Shown piece by piece: positions 40,101 to 51,816 of a stretch of 64,000 bases of DNA. This DNA comes from Octopus sinensis. Lineage: Eukaryota. The position numbers and the translations under genes were made by a program. Below the pieces are notes generated by a model, which had not been told where the DNA came from, did no database searches, and saw only the letters and a list, made by a program, of their open reading frames with translations. Numbering within the stretch: the first letter of the stretch is position 1; each line of letters starts with the position of its first letter. Location: positions 8,432,001-8,496,000 of the forward strand of contig NC_043026.1 in NCBI RefSeq assembly GCF_006345805.1, read 5' to 3'.

Positions 40101-42591
40101 GGTTCTTACGGAAAATAATCTGATTGCAGGATGTGACTGGGAGAATGGAAACATTCAGATATTCACATTAGATGGTCACCTTTTGGATTCAATCAAAGTG
40201 AATGTTTATAGATATATTAAAATGTGTCAATGGCAGTCAAACATACTGGTCATTACGAGTTGGGATGATGAAGATCTTGATAAACCCCAACTGTTGACAT
40301 TAAAAGTGGAATTCCCATTGTCATTGGTAATTTACCAAATGAGAAATAATTATAAATGTGTGGCTTCTTTATCAAACAATCAACTAGTTTTTAGTACATT
40401 GGGAGACGGAGGTCATTTGTATTTTGTTGATATTGATGAAATACATTCGAGTGTGAAGGAAATAAAACAAATAGACATACCTGAACCATTAATAAGGAGA
40501 AAAGAAGATGGAGATTATTCTGATGGAATCCTGGATATTAAAGTTACTGCTGAAGATGTCATCATTGTCTTCAATGGAAGATTCATCATTTTCTTCAACA
40601 GTGGTGGTCAATATTTACATTCAGTCAGACACTACATGGAGTATTATTTTGGTATTGATGACAGGATGACAATTGATGACAGTTTTTTGTTCATATATGG
40701 TGGGTGGGAGAAATGTATAGGGTCATCTGGATATCGAAACATTTTATGTTTGACCCAGAATGGGGAATACAAAAGAATATTTTTAAATAAAAGAATTTAT
40801 AAAGATGATGTAGTTTTCTCCAGTATAGACTGTAAAGGACCAAGGTTTGTTGGAAGCCTTGGGAAATGGGGAAGAGAGAATGAATTGTTTGTTGAAGGGT
40901 TGTTTATGGTGAATCGAGACAGCTTCCCGGTTGCTCGTTTACAAACAGACAAATGTCCTGTTCAAGTAAAAGATTTTGATGTCTCTGAGGAAGGAAAGAC
41001 AGTTGTGTGTGAAAAAGCCAATAACGGAAATGTTAAAATATTCGATGAAGACGGCCAGTTGCTATGTCACAGAAATGTTGCAAGTTTAGTTGGTGGTGTG
41101 TGTTTTACAGGAGAATCACACATAATGGCCACGGTTCCTAAAAGGAAAGAAATATTTCAACTGAATGGAGAAGATTTGCAGACATCTCAAGTTTGGTCGA
41201 GTTTCATCCCTTATGGTGTAATATGGAGAAAAGTGGCGGGTATTTACTGGTGTGTACATATTGAATTGATTGAATGTCATTGCATAAAGATTGATGGGGA
41301 CCAAGTGAACATTCTGGAATCTGTGTCATTATCAAATCTTGATTCTGGTCTTCGTTTCCCTTCCATTACATCTGAAACGAACAAGGAAATATTCAGTAAT
41401 GAATCAATTAATAAATTGGAATACAGAGGAGGAGATGGAGATGGAGGAGGAAGTAGAAGAGGTAAATCAGGTGAAATAATTGGTAAAGGTAGATTAAAGG
41501 TGAGATGTGGTAATTACATAGCGGAGATTAATAATTCAGGAATTGATGAAATATCAGTGAGGAGACTTCCATATAGGACAGCAATGGTCCCTTTTTCCAT
41601 TCCTGCATTCGAGGAACCTGTTGATTATAATTTTATGGATATTAGGGACCAGAACAGTAAACTAATTAAGTTAGATGAGAATGTGAGTGTGTTGATATTT
41701 CGAGAAAGTGTCACATTAATCAGAACAACAACTACAACAGTGGACATACTTCAACATGAACAACAACAACTACCACCACTGGACATATGTCGGTGGACAG
41801 AGGAATGTTTCATTGTCGCCTTTGGGAGAGAAATGAGGGTCTTCAACAGGGATCTCTGTCGTTTAAAAACCATCAGAACTGAGAAATACTACAACAGGAT
41901 TTATAAATACAACAACAATCAACTCGTGTGTGGTGGTCATTATATTAGAGACATAACTCAAGAAGAGAGACACAAGAAATACAGAAGAATGTGGGAGAAC
42001 AACAAGGATTACTATTATTGCAAAGACCGCAAAACCTTTGACTCTTATTATGTGGATGTGGTTGATATCAAAGATGGGAAATGTAAAGATGAAGTGTGTC
42101 ATGGGGAGATGAGGAGATTGGGAAGGTTGGAGGGGGATGAAGGGGTGGTGGATGATGTGGGAGTCACATCTTTTGGTGATGTTGTTGTTGTGAGGTGGGA
42201 GATGAAGAAGAATTTTGGAAGCTGGAAAGTTTTGTGTTTTGCGGAATGGTTTAGGGAAAAGTCTTTGGTGAGGAGGATAAGAGTAGGAGGAATAGGATTT
42301 TTTGGTCCGGGATATTATATTACAAGACTTCATTTCACCATAATTGGTAAATGTGTGTATATAACAGATTTCAGAAACAATATTTACGAAATACCTCGAC
42401 ATATTGAAGAGGAAACATCTGAAGATAATGAAATCCTGATATCTGAAGATAATCCAAAATATTTACTCCTGAGAGGGGATGATAATGAAGTCGTTGAAGT
42501 TCTTGGTTTGGATGTTTCAGAAAATTCTTTGATGGTTTTTGGAATTATTCCTGGACGTCAATCTTTTGCTTTCTTTTATTTTGACAAATAA
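37132..42591 (+). CDS. Multi-propeller family copy 3, complete 1819-aa protein: N-terminal basic/helical module plus six degenerate NHL/TolB-like beta-propellers
   Basis: 5460-nt ORF preceded by acceptor TTTCTTTACAG (37123-24). NHL-like motifs such as TPTDIAVG.QNILVITF..INRVICYKLDGQ. Six homologous unit starts near 37741, 38491, 39292, 40087, 40963 and 41650. The fold call is by eye only. Confidence 0.85.
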   Translation: MEDQTENTLRKLIPLKRALSYSTPKWDEEGVDNKRGKYERDNGSRREISEKRSSFQPTTKQKRHKGDDKNWEIIGRRNILDKHIFYTRFNAYEDKINLLINSRKEICTFLKKIGMDENTFLKHFTQRIEILTKDIKKNDYNQEFIIFGKLESFLEHYIQRNILQDKHKTIDPPKITTKFRPLQQVVTREADIEESGEEFEEIPIISNIVIIEEGVMTYSHHCKTISVVTRDGDRIDVHCPSSVTSFTRISEDMVLATLPFQEMILIISPQTFKIKRIKLGLYMVSYLEDSTLIGVEMFGKIVYQFDWEDNTINYQFITKETPTDIAVGVQNILVITFASINRVICYKLDGQQLWEVETHSLHLPSKISLYQHYFYVLQGQIIYRISAKGGVTRRDIGRKCRSISVGKDTILVTDYCGKPHGIQMNKDFWPKLSYNHQLHTPSLKDYIDIEDCYNITNILPMSTSSILIIYKNKKAKLFTDNGEIINQNNSVFFELPSFCCRINANRFLVFYREKKGFQYITCPELRKGPLIKVKTGYMKICHIVSNKCLAVTTTENKSEVHILLINEDKVDIAERISLGHHNVSIAATPINFVIVDGNENKMVFYSTCGEELFQKYLPFYGYPHHIYSDNVYFYVLFRRHSILRCYDLYGQMKWQWELPFPVHPHIAVFQGTLYVPDTQLNRVLLYKYQDRSSGCCLPTKNPYIRNLNLRLKEKENDQKLVIGKICNLSNGQLVVSDIKHDCLLYISKEGDIVSRLSLPSTATDICRWDSNHIGVTLPLQKQLRVIGNLSKTVRSVSLRQPYVRVCKMGEGEIVCYCDKPSHLDILAINYYNQVEVIKTINIPVFVKSLSIDKKTEKLLIVTRGNSFQYNITIGGGGHGSRQMVPTVLMPRVKRPLNLQGGSIDQTFVYLIDRSRMFAINGHNLVVNDLVTNNQLNYYIDLVDVFSRNISLSEMLSSTLYLQDLTVSDKARHIPPHQYLGDEAPVRIKSLVLTENNLIAGCDWENGNIQIFTLDGHLLDSIKVNVYRYIKMCQWQSNILVITSWDDEDLDKPQLLTLKVEFPLSLVIYQMRNNYKCVASLSNNQLVFSTLGDGGHLYFVDIDEIHSSVKEIKQIDIPEPLIRRKEDGDYSDGILDIKVTAEDVIIVFNGRFIIFFNSGGQYLHSVRHYMEYYFGIDDRMTIDDSFLFIYGGWEKCIGSSGYRNILCLTQNGEYKRIFLNKRIYKDDVVFSSIDCKGPRFVGSLGKWGRENELFVEGLFMVNRDSFPVARLQTDKCPVQVKDFDVSEEGKTVVCEKANNGNVKIFDEDGQLLCHRNVASLVGGVCFTGESHIMATVPKRKEIFQLNGEDLQTSQVWSSFIPYGVIWRKVAGIYWCVHIELIECHCIKIDGDQVNILESVSLSNLDSGLRFPSITSETNKEIFSNESINKLEYRGGDGDGGGSRRGKSGEIIGKGRLKVRCGNYIAEINNSGIDEISVRRLPYRTAMVPFSIPAFEEPVDYNFMDIRDQNSKLIKLDENVSVLIFRESVTLIRTTTTTVDILQHEQQQLPPLDICRWTEECFIVAFGREMRVFNRDLCRLKTIRTEKYYNRIYKYNNNQLVCGGHYIRDITQEERHKKYRRMWENNKDYYYCKDRKTFDSYYVDVVDIKDGKCKDEVCHGEMRRLGRLEGDEGVVDDVGVTSFGDVVVVRWEMKKNFGSWKVLCFAEWFREKSLVRRIRVGGIGFFGPGYYITRLHFTIIGKCVYITDFRNNIYEIPRHIEEETSEDNEILISEDNPKYLLLRGDDNEVVEVLGLDVSENSLMVFGIIPGRQSFAFFYFDK

Positions 42592-42850
42592 ATATTTCCA
42601 GAAATATTAAACTTCAATCTTCTTCTTCTTCTTCTTATTATTATTGTAAATGAGTTCACCTGGGAATCGAACCTGCATCGCATACATTGCATTCTACACG
42701 CTAACAATCAGTGTTGCAACATTCCAAAAGACACTCTCTCTTTGTGTGTGTGTGTATATTTATATACAGTATATATACATGTGTTTATATATATATATAC
42801 ACACATATTTAGGAATGTATGTATAGAAATAAGGCTATAAGTATTATGTT

Positions 42851-42881
<31 letters not shown>

Positions 42882-43340
42882 GTGCATGCATGTATGTATA
42901 GGAATATCTGGTCCGAAACCAGAGACTTTCATAATCATTGATTCTCCATTAAAAGACAGACGACCAACAACAACAACAACAGCAGACGACAACCACCGCT
43001 GCCGCCTCCATCACCACCACCACCGCCTACATCATCATCATCATCGTCATCATCGTCATCAGCGTTGTGTGTGCGTGTGTGCAGTCTGCATCTGAGAGTT
43101 TTTAACGTTTAATAAGAATAGATTGTTGTTGTTGTTGTTGTTGTTGTAGTGACATTCCAACTGCACACACGCACAAACATTGCCTTTCGTCCTCGTAAGG
43201 TTGTTGTTGCTGTTGTTGCTGTTGGGGGTTCATACAAAAGAGAAGGACACTTTAAGAAGCATTCAGTAAAAGCTTTCCTATAGCCGGTCATTTTTCATGC
43301 TAGAAATAGAAACCAAGTGACTTCAAATTCACTTTATTTC

Positions 43341-46300
43341 ATCATCATCATCATCGTCGTTTAACGTCCGTTCTCCATGCTAGCATGGGTTGGACGGTTC
43401 GACCGGGGTTCTGGGAAGCCAGAAGGCTGCACCAGGCTCCAGTCTAATTTGGCAATGTTTCTACAGCTGGATGCCCTTCCTAACGCCAACCACTCCGTGA
43501 GTGTAGTGGGTGCTTTTTACGTGCCACCTGCACAGGTGCCAGGCGGGGCTGGCAACGGCCACGGTCAGATTGGTGTATTTTATGTGCCACCGGCACGGAA
43601 GCCAGTCGAGGCGGTGCTGGCATCGGCCACGAGTCGGATAGTGCTTTTTACGTACCACCAGACCAGGGATCCTGGCTGGTTCAATTCGATTTCGATTTCG
43701 CTTGCCCCAACATGTCTTCACAAGCAAAGGGGGTTGGCAAGGGTGCCTGTCGTACGGTCGCATTGGAGTATTTTACGTGCCACGGCCACGAGTCGGATAG
43801 TGCTTTTTACGTACCACCAGACCAGGGATCCTGGCTGGTTCAATTCGATTTCGATTTCGCTTGCCCCAACATGTCTTCACAAGCAAAGGGGGTTGGCATG
43901 GGTGCCTGTCGTACGGTCGCATTGGAGTATTTTACGTGCCACGGCCCCGAGTCGGATAGTGCTTTTTACGTACCACCAGGCCAGGGATCCTGGCTGGTTC
44001 AATTCGGTTTCGATTTCGCTTGCCCCAACATGTCTTCGCAAGCATGGGGGGTTGGGATGGGTGTCTGTCGTCGGATGAGGTTCTATATCGACTTCGCTTG
44101 CCTCAACCGGTCTTTGTGTCCAAGGGAGGAAAGGCATTCATAAGTGGGCTGGGCTCACTTGTCCTGCCTGGTCTTCTCACGTATAGAATATTTCCAAAGG
44201 TCTCGGTCTCTGGTCATTTCCTCAGTGAGGCCTAAAGTTCGAAGGTCGTGCTTCACCACCTCGTCCCAGGTTCTCCTGGGTCTACCTCTTCCACGGGTTC
44301 CCTCAACTGCTAGGGATTGGCACTTTCTCACACACCTATCTTCATCCATTCTCGCCACATGACCATACCAGCGCAATCGTCTCTCTTGCACACCACAACT
44401 GATGCTTCTTAGGTACAACATTTCTCTCAAGGTGCTAACGCTCTGTCGAGTATGTACACTGACATTACACATCCATCGGAGCATACTGGCTTCATTCCTC
44501 ACGAGCTTACGCATGTCCTCAGCAGTCACAGCCCATGTTTCGCTGCCATGTAGCATGGCTGTTCGTACACACGCATCATACAGTCTGCCTTTTACTCTGA
44601 GCGAGAGGCCTTTAGTCACCAGCAGAGGTAAGAGCTCCCTAAACTTTGCCCAGGCTATTCTTATTCTAGCAGTTACACTTTCAGCGCACCCACCCCCACT
44701 ACTGACTTGGTCACCTAGATAACGGAAGCTATCAACTACTTCTAGTTTTTCCCCCTGGAAAGTGACGGAAGTTGTTTTCTGCAGATTTTCGGAGGTTAAT
44801 GCTCCCGAGCATCTGCCACATACAAAAACTATCTTCCCAGTTAGCCTACCTTTGACATTGCTGCACCTCTTATGTGTCCATAGCTTACACTGGGTACATC
44901 TTATAGAGTTTCTACCTACACCTTTTCTACAGATCGAGCAGGGCCATCTTCCTGAAGATATTTGTGGATTGTCTACCTTTCTACTTATTAGTACTTTGGT
45001 TTTAGCTAGGTTGACTCTAAGGCCCCTTGATTCTAAACCCTCCTTCCACACCTGGAACTTCTCCTCCAGTTCTGATAGTGACTCAGCAATAAGAGCAAGG
45101 TCGTCAGCATAGAGGAGCTCCCAGGGACAGCCTGTCTTGAATTCCTCCGTAATTGCCTGGAGTACTATGATAAATAGGAGGGGGCTGAGTACTGAACCCT
45201 GGTGGACCCCAACCTCTACTTTGAATTCTTCTGTGTACATGTTGCCAACCCTAACCTTACTTACGGCATCTCTGTACATGGCTTGCACAGTCCTCACCAG
45301 CCATTCATCTATCCCTAGTTTCCTCATTGACCACCAGATAAGGGATCGGGGGACCCTATCAAAAGCTTTCTCCATGTCAACGAAAGCCAGGTACAGGGGC
45401 TTATCTTTGGCTAGGTATTTCTCCTGCAGCTGCCTTACCAGGAATATAGCATCAGTGGTACTTTTTCCTGGCACGAACCCAAACTGCATCTCATCTAAAC
45501 TAACTCTCTCTCTAATTAGTTGGGCTATGACCCTCTCCGTAACCTTCATTACTTGATCCAACAGCTTGATACCTCTGTAATTATTTGTATCTAGGGCATC
45601 ACCTTTACCTTTGTAGCAGTTGACTAGTATGCTGCTGCACCAGTCATTGGGTATGACTCCTTCGTGTATCACCTGGTTGACTATACGGGTGACTAGGTTA
45701 TAGATATTTTGAGCATCTCTGCAGTAATTCCTGATGGGCCTGGGGCTTTCCCTGTCTTCATGCTTCTAATTGCCTTAGCTACCACGGAACTATCAACTCG
45801 GATAGCTGGTCCCTCTGTAGGGTCAACATTCGGCAGACTCTCTTTATCCCATTCATTTTCCTCATTCAGTAACCTTTCATAGTGGCGTCTCCAAGCTTCT
45901 CTCTTTGCATCCTCATTTAGCGCAAGTGAACCATCCTCCATGCGAACACATTTCTCTCCTACCACATCACGATTCTCTCTCACACACTGTCTTGCAACAC
46001 GAAATACCTCAAGTCTTTCATCCTCACGGCGCAGGACATTGGCAAATTTTCTCTTATCTGCTTCCCCTCTGGCTAGATAGACCTGTCTCCTAGCTTCCCT
46101 TCTGGCAGTCTGATACCCTTCCCTGCTACCACCGTTCTTCCAGGCCTTCCAAGCCTGTTTCTTTTGTCTAATAGCCCTGTCAACAATATTGTTCCACCAC
46201 CACGTTATTTTGGGTCTTAAGGGGACTTTGCACCAGCCACAGATCTGGTCAGCGGCTTTCAGCAGGTTGTCCCTCAGAAACGTCCAGTTGTCTTCTACCC

Positions 46301-46465
46301 CATGTGTAGCTATACCCCCTTCCACTTCGTCAAAGGCTTCAAGTAACATATCTCTAAATCTCTGTCCATTCGCAGGGGCTTTAAGCTTCCAGACCCTTCT
46401 TCTCCATGTTGGTCGTCTTCTAGTCGCCCTCTTAGTCCTGATCCTAAAGTCACTAACTACCAGTC
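43341..46465 (-). mobile_element. Young 5'-truncated RTE LINE (end of endonuclease domain, RT, Cys-rich C-terminus, 3'-UTR)
   Basis: ORF 44155-45672 with FVDMEKAFDRV, GVHQGSVLSP, LLYADDL; one frameshift near 45700; TSD TATTTC at 43335-40 and 46466-71; (ATC)n tail. Confidence 0.95.
43626..44065. repeat. 159-bp tandem repeat (about 2.7 units) in the RTE 3'-UTR
   Basis: GCC(A/C)CGAGTCGGATAGTGCTTTTTACG at 43626, 43785 and 43944. Confidence 0.9.
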
Positions 46466-46859
46466 TATTTCTCATATAAAATTTGAAGGAGAGCTAAAAA
46501 ACCTTTTATGAATGAAATTGGCTGTATAAGGTCTCATTTCATGCTAGAAAGAGCCACCAAAGCCTTCACATTTTTATTTTATCACAAATAAAAAACAATT
46601 TACAAAGCATCCATGTCAAATATTGTCCTTTAGATGACCTAACATCATGCTAGAAATGTGTATCGTTTTTCATTGAAAAAGTGAAGGACACTTTAAGAAG
46701 CAACTCTAAAAATATTGTCCTGTGGCGGTTTAAGTGTAAAATATTATAAAAGTATGCATCTATGAGTTTTATGTGTTTAAAAAACATAGCAAAGACATCT
46801 GTGTATATGTAGGTATATATAAATATACAAGTGTATAAATGTTCTTCGATGATGTATAT

Positions 46860-47142
46860 GCTTCTTCCCTAATAACTTGCAGAGAAATGGATATTTTTCA
46901 TGGAATTTCCTACAAATATGCTTCAGATGGTGTAGATTCCGATTCTATGGGGATTTATTGGAAAAACTTTTTTCTTTCATAACAAAAGCGAATCTTGTGA
47001 ATTTTCTAAAACTGCTTTTCTCACCCAAGGACAAAAGGTTTTCACAATGAATTCCGATTTAATCGGAATCTAAACCATCTGAAGAATATTTGTAGAAAAT
47101 TTCATTAAAAAATATTTAATTTTGCAAAAGTTGTGAGGAAAC
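46860..47142. mobile_element. MITE of about 280 bp, related to the long-TIR element
   Basis: 46870-46945 is the approximate reverse complement of 47061-47135 (ATAACTTGCAG...TGTAGATTCCGATT). Confidence 0.6.
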
Positions 47143-47552
47143 AAATTTGGCATAACTACAGATATATACCACACCGACTTTGTTTCCTCATAACTTGCAG
47201 AAAAATGAATATTTTTTGAATGAAACTTTCAACAAATAATCGCTTAGATCCTGTAGATTGAGTTTTTGTAAGGATTTGTTGGAGAAACATTTTTTGAAGG
47301 GTTGCGGAAAGGAGTTTTGCAAAATTCACACCACCTGACATTTTCCCTCCTCATAAATTTCAGGAAAATGGGTATTTTTGAATGAAATTTTATAGAAATA
47401 ACTTTCAAACGATGTAGATTACGATTGAAAAGAAATTTTTTGGCAAAATGTTTTGTAAGGGATTGAGGGAAAATGTGTGTGATTTAAGGGAGATTTGGCT
47501 GTTATTTCTAGCACACCACCCTCCTTGTCTTCTTTTTTTCTCATTGTATATA

Positions 47553-48874
<1,322 letters not shown>

Positions 48875-50831
48875 ACTATAATTTATTAGTTTCATTTGCA
48901 TATTCTTAGTTTATGCATGTGTATGCAAATATAGTATTGGTATATCCCATTTATGTTCATTAAAAATTAAATAAAGAATTTTGATATGTACAAATATCTA
49001 TTTAACCCCACCACTGTATATTCAAGCTTCTTTCAGTTTCCGTCTACCATATCCACTCACGGGGATCTGGTTGGACTAAGGCTACAATATAAGACACTTG
49101 GCCAAAGTGCCTCTCAGTGGGACTGAACCTGGGACCGTGTAGTTGGGACGCAGGCTTCTTATCACACAGCCACACTAGTGTCTATATGTATATATAAGCA
49201 AACATCAGTCTATATAGATATACATACATATATCTATCTATCTGTGTTTATCTACATATATATATATCAATCTGTCTATCTATCTATGTATCTATATATA
49301 TATATATATGTCTACATATATAAATATATATATTTTTATAGAAAAACAAAAGACAAAACCGGGTGTATGATCAACAAGCAAGTGTATTTGTTTGATACTT
49401 GGAAAACTAGTAAAAGTGCTTCATGTTTCGAGCCTCCGCACTTCAACAGACAGGAATAAGACAAAATACATCAAGAAAGAATGAAAACACCGTTTAGAGT
49501 TCAGAGCTCCATCATCGTGTGTGTTTGTGTGTTTGCATGTGTGTGTGTGTGTGTATGTATGTATGTGTGTGTGTGTATGTATTTGATGTTGCTTATAATA
49601 AATTGTATTAAAGGGTACATCTCCAATCTCTTGTGTTCATTTGAATGATTATAAACCATGGTTTATATGTAAACCTATCATTTTCCCTAAACATATTAGG
49701 TATTTAACCAGTAACTCCTTGAATGGTGCCATCCCTTAACTAAGGCGAAATCCACCTCTAATCGAACTTATGAATATATGAAAACATCCAAGATTGTATT
49801 CTGATAGGAAAAAGGAAAACACCCAAAGGTGCTGCTTCACCTTTTTAATCAGTGAACGGAAATAAAAATAGAATAAATAAATTTATTTTTAATAAATTCA
49901 AAATAACACAATGATTGTGATGGTGATGATGATGATGATGAAGATGATAATGCTGTTGTTGTTGTTGTTGTTGGTGGTGGTGTAAGTATTTGCATTCAGA
50001 CTGAAGAAAGTGAAATTTATACTGAACAATGCATATTCATTAGAAAAACCAGTTTCTAAGGGTTTTAAAAGCAAAACCCTTGAGATGACCCCGAATCTGT
50101 AAATGAATGTGTTATCAGTTTGCAAAGAGGTTTCAATTATATTTATTTTTGTCTAAAGGCAGCTTAGCCATTGTGACACAAAAGCAGATTGTTAGATGTT
50201 GAGAGGGAGGGAGGGGAAAGGAAATCAAAAGAACAACAAGGATCAAATGATTTCAGAGGGATTATTTGAAGAGAGAGAGATATATATATATAGAGAGAGA
50301 GAGAGAGTGAGTGAAAGAGAAAAAGAGAGAGAAAGTGAGAGAGAGAGGAAAGAATGAGGTGGTGTACAGGAAAACAAAAACAATACACAAAGCATTATAT
50401 TTTTAATAAATGACAGCTGAAACTAATGAATAAGATGATGATGATGATGAGAGTGGGGTTTTTTGTTGTGGTGGCGGTGGTGGTGGGGATGTGAATACTT
50501 GCATTTTGGGGACCAATGTGTAAACAAAACCCTTGAGTTGTTGAGTAAATGTAAATGAATGCTTTATCAGTTGGAAACAACTGGAATTATTTCAAAATGG
50601 ATTTTGAGATCTTAAGAGGGAGGAAGTGAAAATCAAATCCAAATAACAACAGGAGTGTCTTTGTGATAAGAGGCTTGCTTCCCAACTACATGGTTCCAGG
50701 TTCAGTCCCACCGTGTGGCACCTTAAGCAAGTGTCATCTACTATAACCAAAGCTTTGTGAGTGGCTTTGGTAGACAGAAACAGAAAGAAGTCCATCATGA
50801 ACATATGAGTGTGTGTTTGTGTATATATGTA

Positions 50832-50879
<48 letters not shown>

Positions 50880-50880
<1 letters not shown>

Positions 50881-51746
50881 ATATTTCGGAATGGTCATTT
50901 TGCCAGTTTAGCCAATAAAAACACACGCACTATGTATTTGGTGTTATTTTGCTTCAGTGATATTTATTTTTTACATTAATCTTAATCTTATTTCGGCCAA
51001 AGTTCTTTCGTCACACTCCTGTGACCGCATCAGTGGTCCTTTGTTTTCTTCTCACTTACTTGTGTCTCTCCTTACTAACCGTCAGCCATTTTGTATTTCT
51101 ATTGTATGTCTTCATTTGCGCATGCTTATATCTCTATGTGCGTCTATGTTTATTTAGTGTGTGTGGGGGGGGGATGCCTGTAATATTTGTATCTTCTGGT
51201 TATATACATTCTTGTAATTTGCATTTTGTTTTTGTTGTTGTTGCTTTTGTTCTAATTTTGTTCATGTGTTTACATCCACCCATTATTATCATTACATATG
51301 CTTGTATGTATGTATAACAACAATATTAGTAATAATAATAATAAATCTAATCGAAAAAAAAAATCTAATCGAAAAAAAAAATATATATATATATACATAT
51401 ACATACATATATACATAGATATATATATATATAGTTATTCATTTCTATTTGTTTATTTATCTGTGTATTTATTATGTTTTCGGGATCCACTATTGTCATA
51501 TGTTGTGGTGTGCGCTATTGCTCCATTCTAGTTTTCTATTCAGGCTAGGTTTATTTTCTATTATATGTGTAGCTTCTGTAATTTGTCTAATTGTTGCATC
51601 TGTTCTATGTGTGGACAATATCTTAATCTCTATGTTATTGATTGATCCCCCGTGTTCCTGTTAGGCGTGTTGGTACAGAATCGATGAGCTTTTTCGATTA
51701 GATTTATTATTATTATTACTAATATTGTTGTTATACATACATACAA
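50880..51746 (-). mobile_element. Penelope-like remnant: GIY-YIG tail, 3' region and degenerate hammerhead
   Basis: Minus strand 51690 to 51490 reads RKSSSILYQHA*QEHGG...IKILS...RQITEATHI..KPSLNRKLEW; CTGATGC-GGTCAC-loop-GTGAC-GAAA near 51035 to 51005. Confidence 0.65.
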
Positions 51747-51816
51747 AAGGAAGAAAACAAAATCCACAGAAAAGAATATATTCAACAGAAAAAGATAATA
51801 ATTCTATATTCATAAA

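Noticed and set aside
37132-42591. Naming the gene TRIM71, TRIM2/3, brat or lin-41
   Set aside because: Only the propeller motifs are reminiscent; there is no RING, B-box or filamin domain and the six-propeller architecture differs, so no symbol is justified.
43626-44065. CRISPR-like regularly spaced repeats
   Set aside because: Whole 159-bp units repeat with no unique spacers, inside an RTE UTR of a eukaryote, with no cas genes.
49415-49465. Hammerhead-like CTGTTGA...GAAAC on the minus strand
   Set aside because: Core mutated, no convincing stem II or III, and no NUH triplet.
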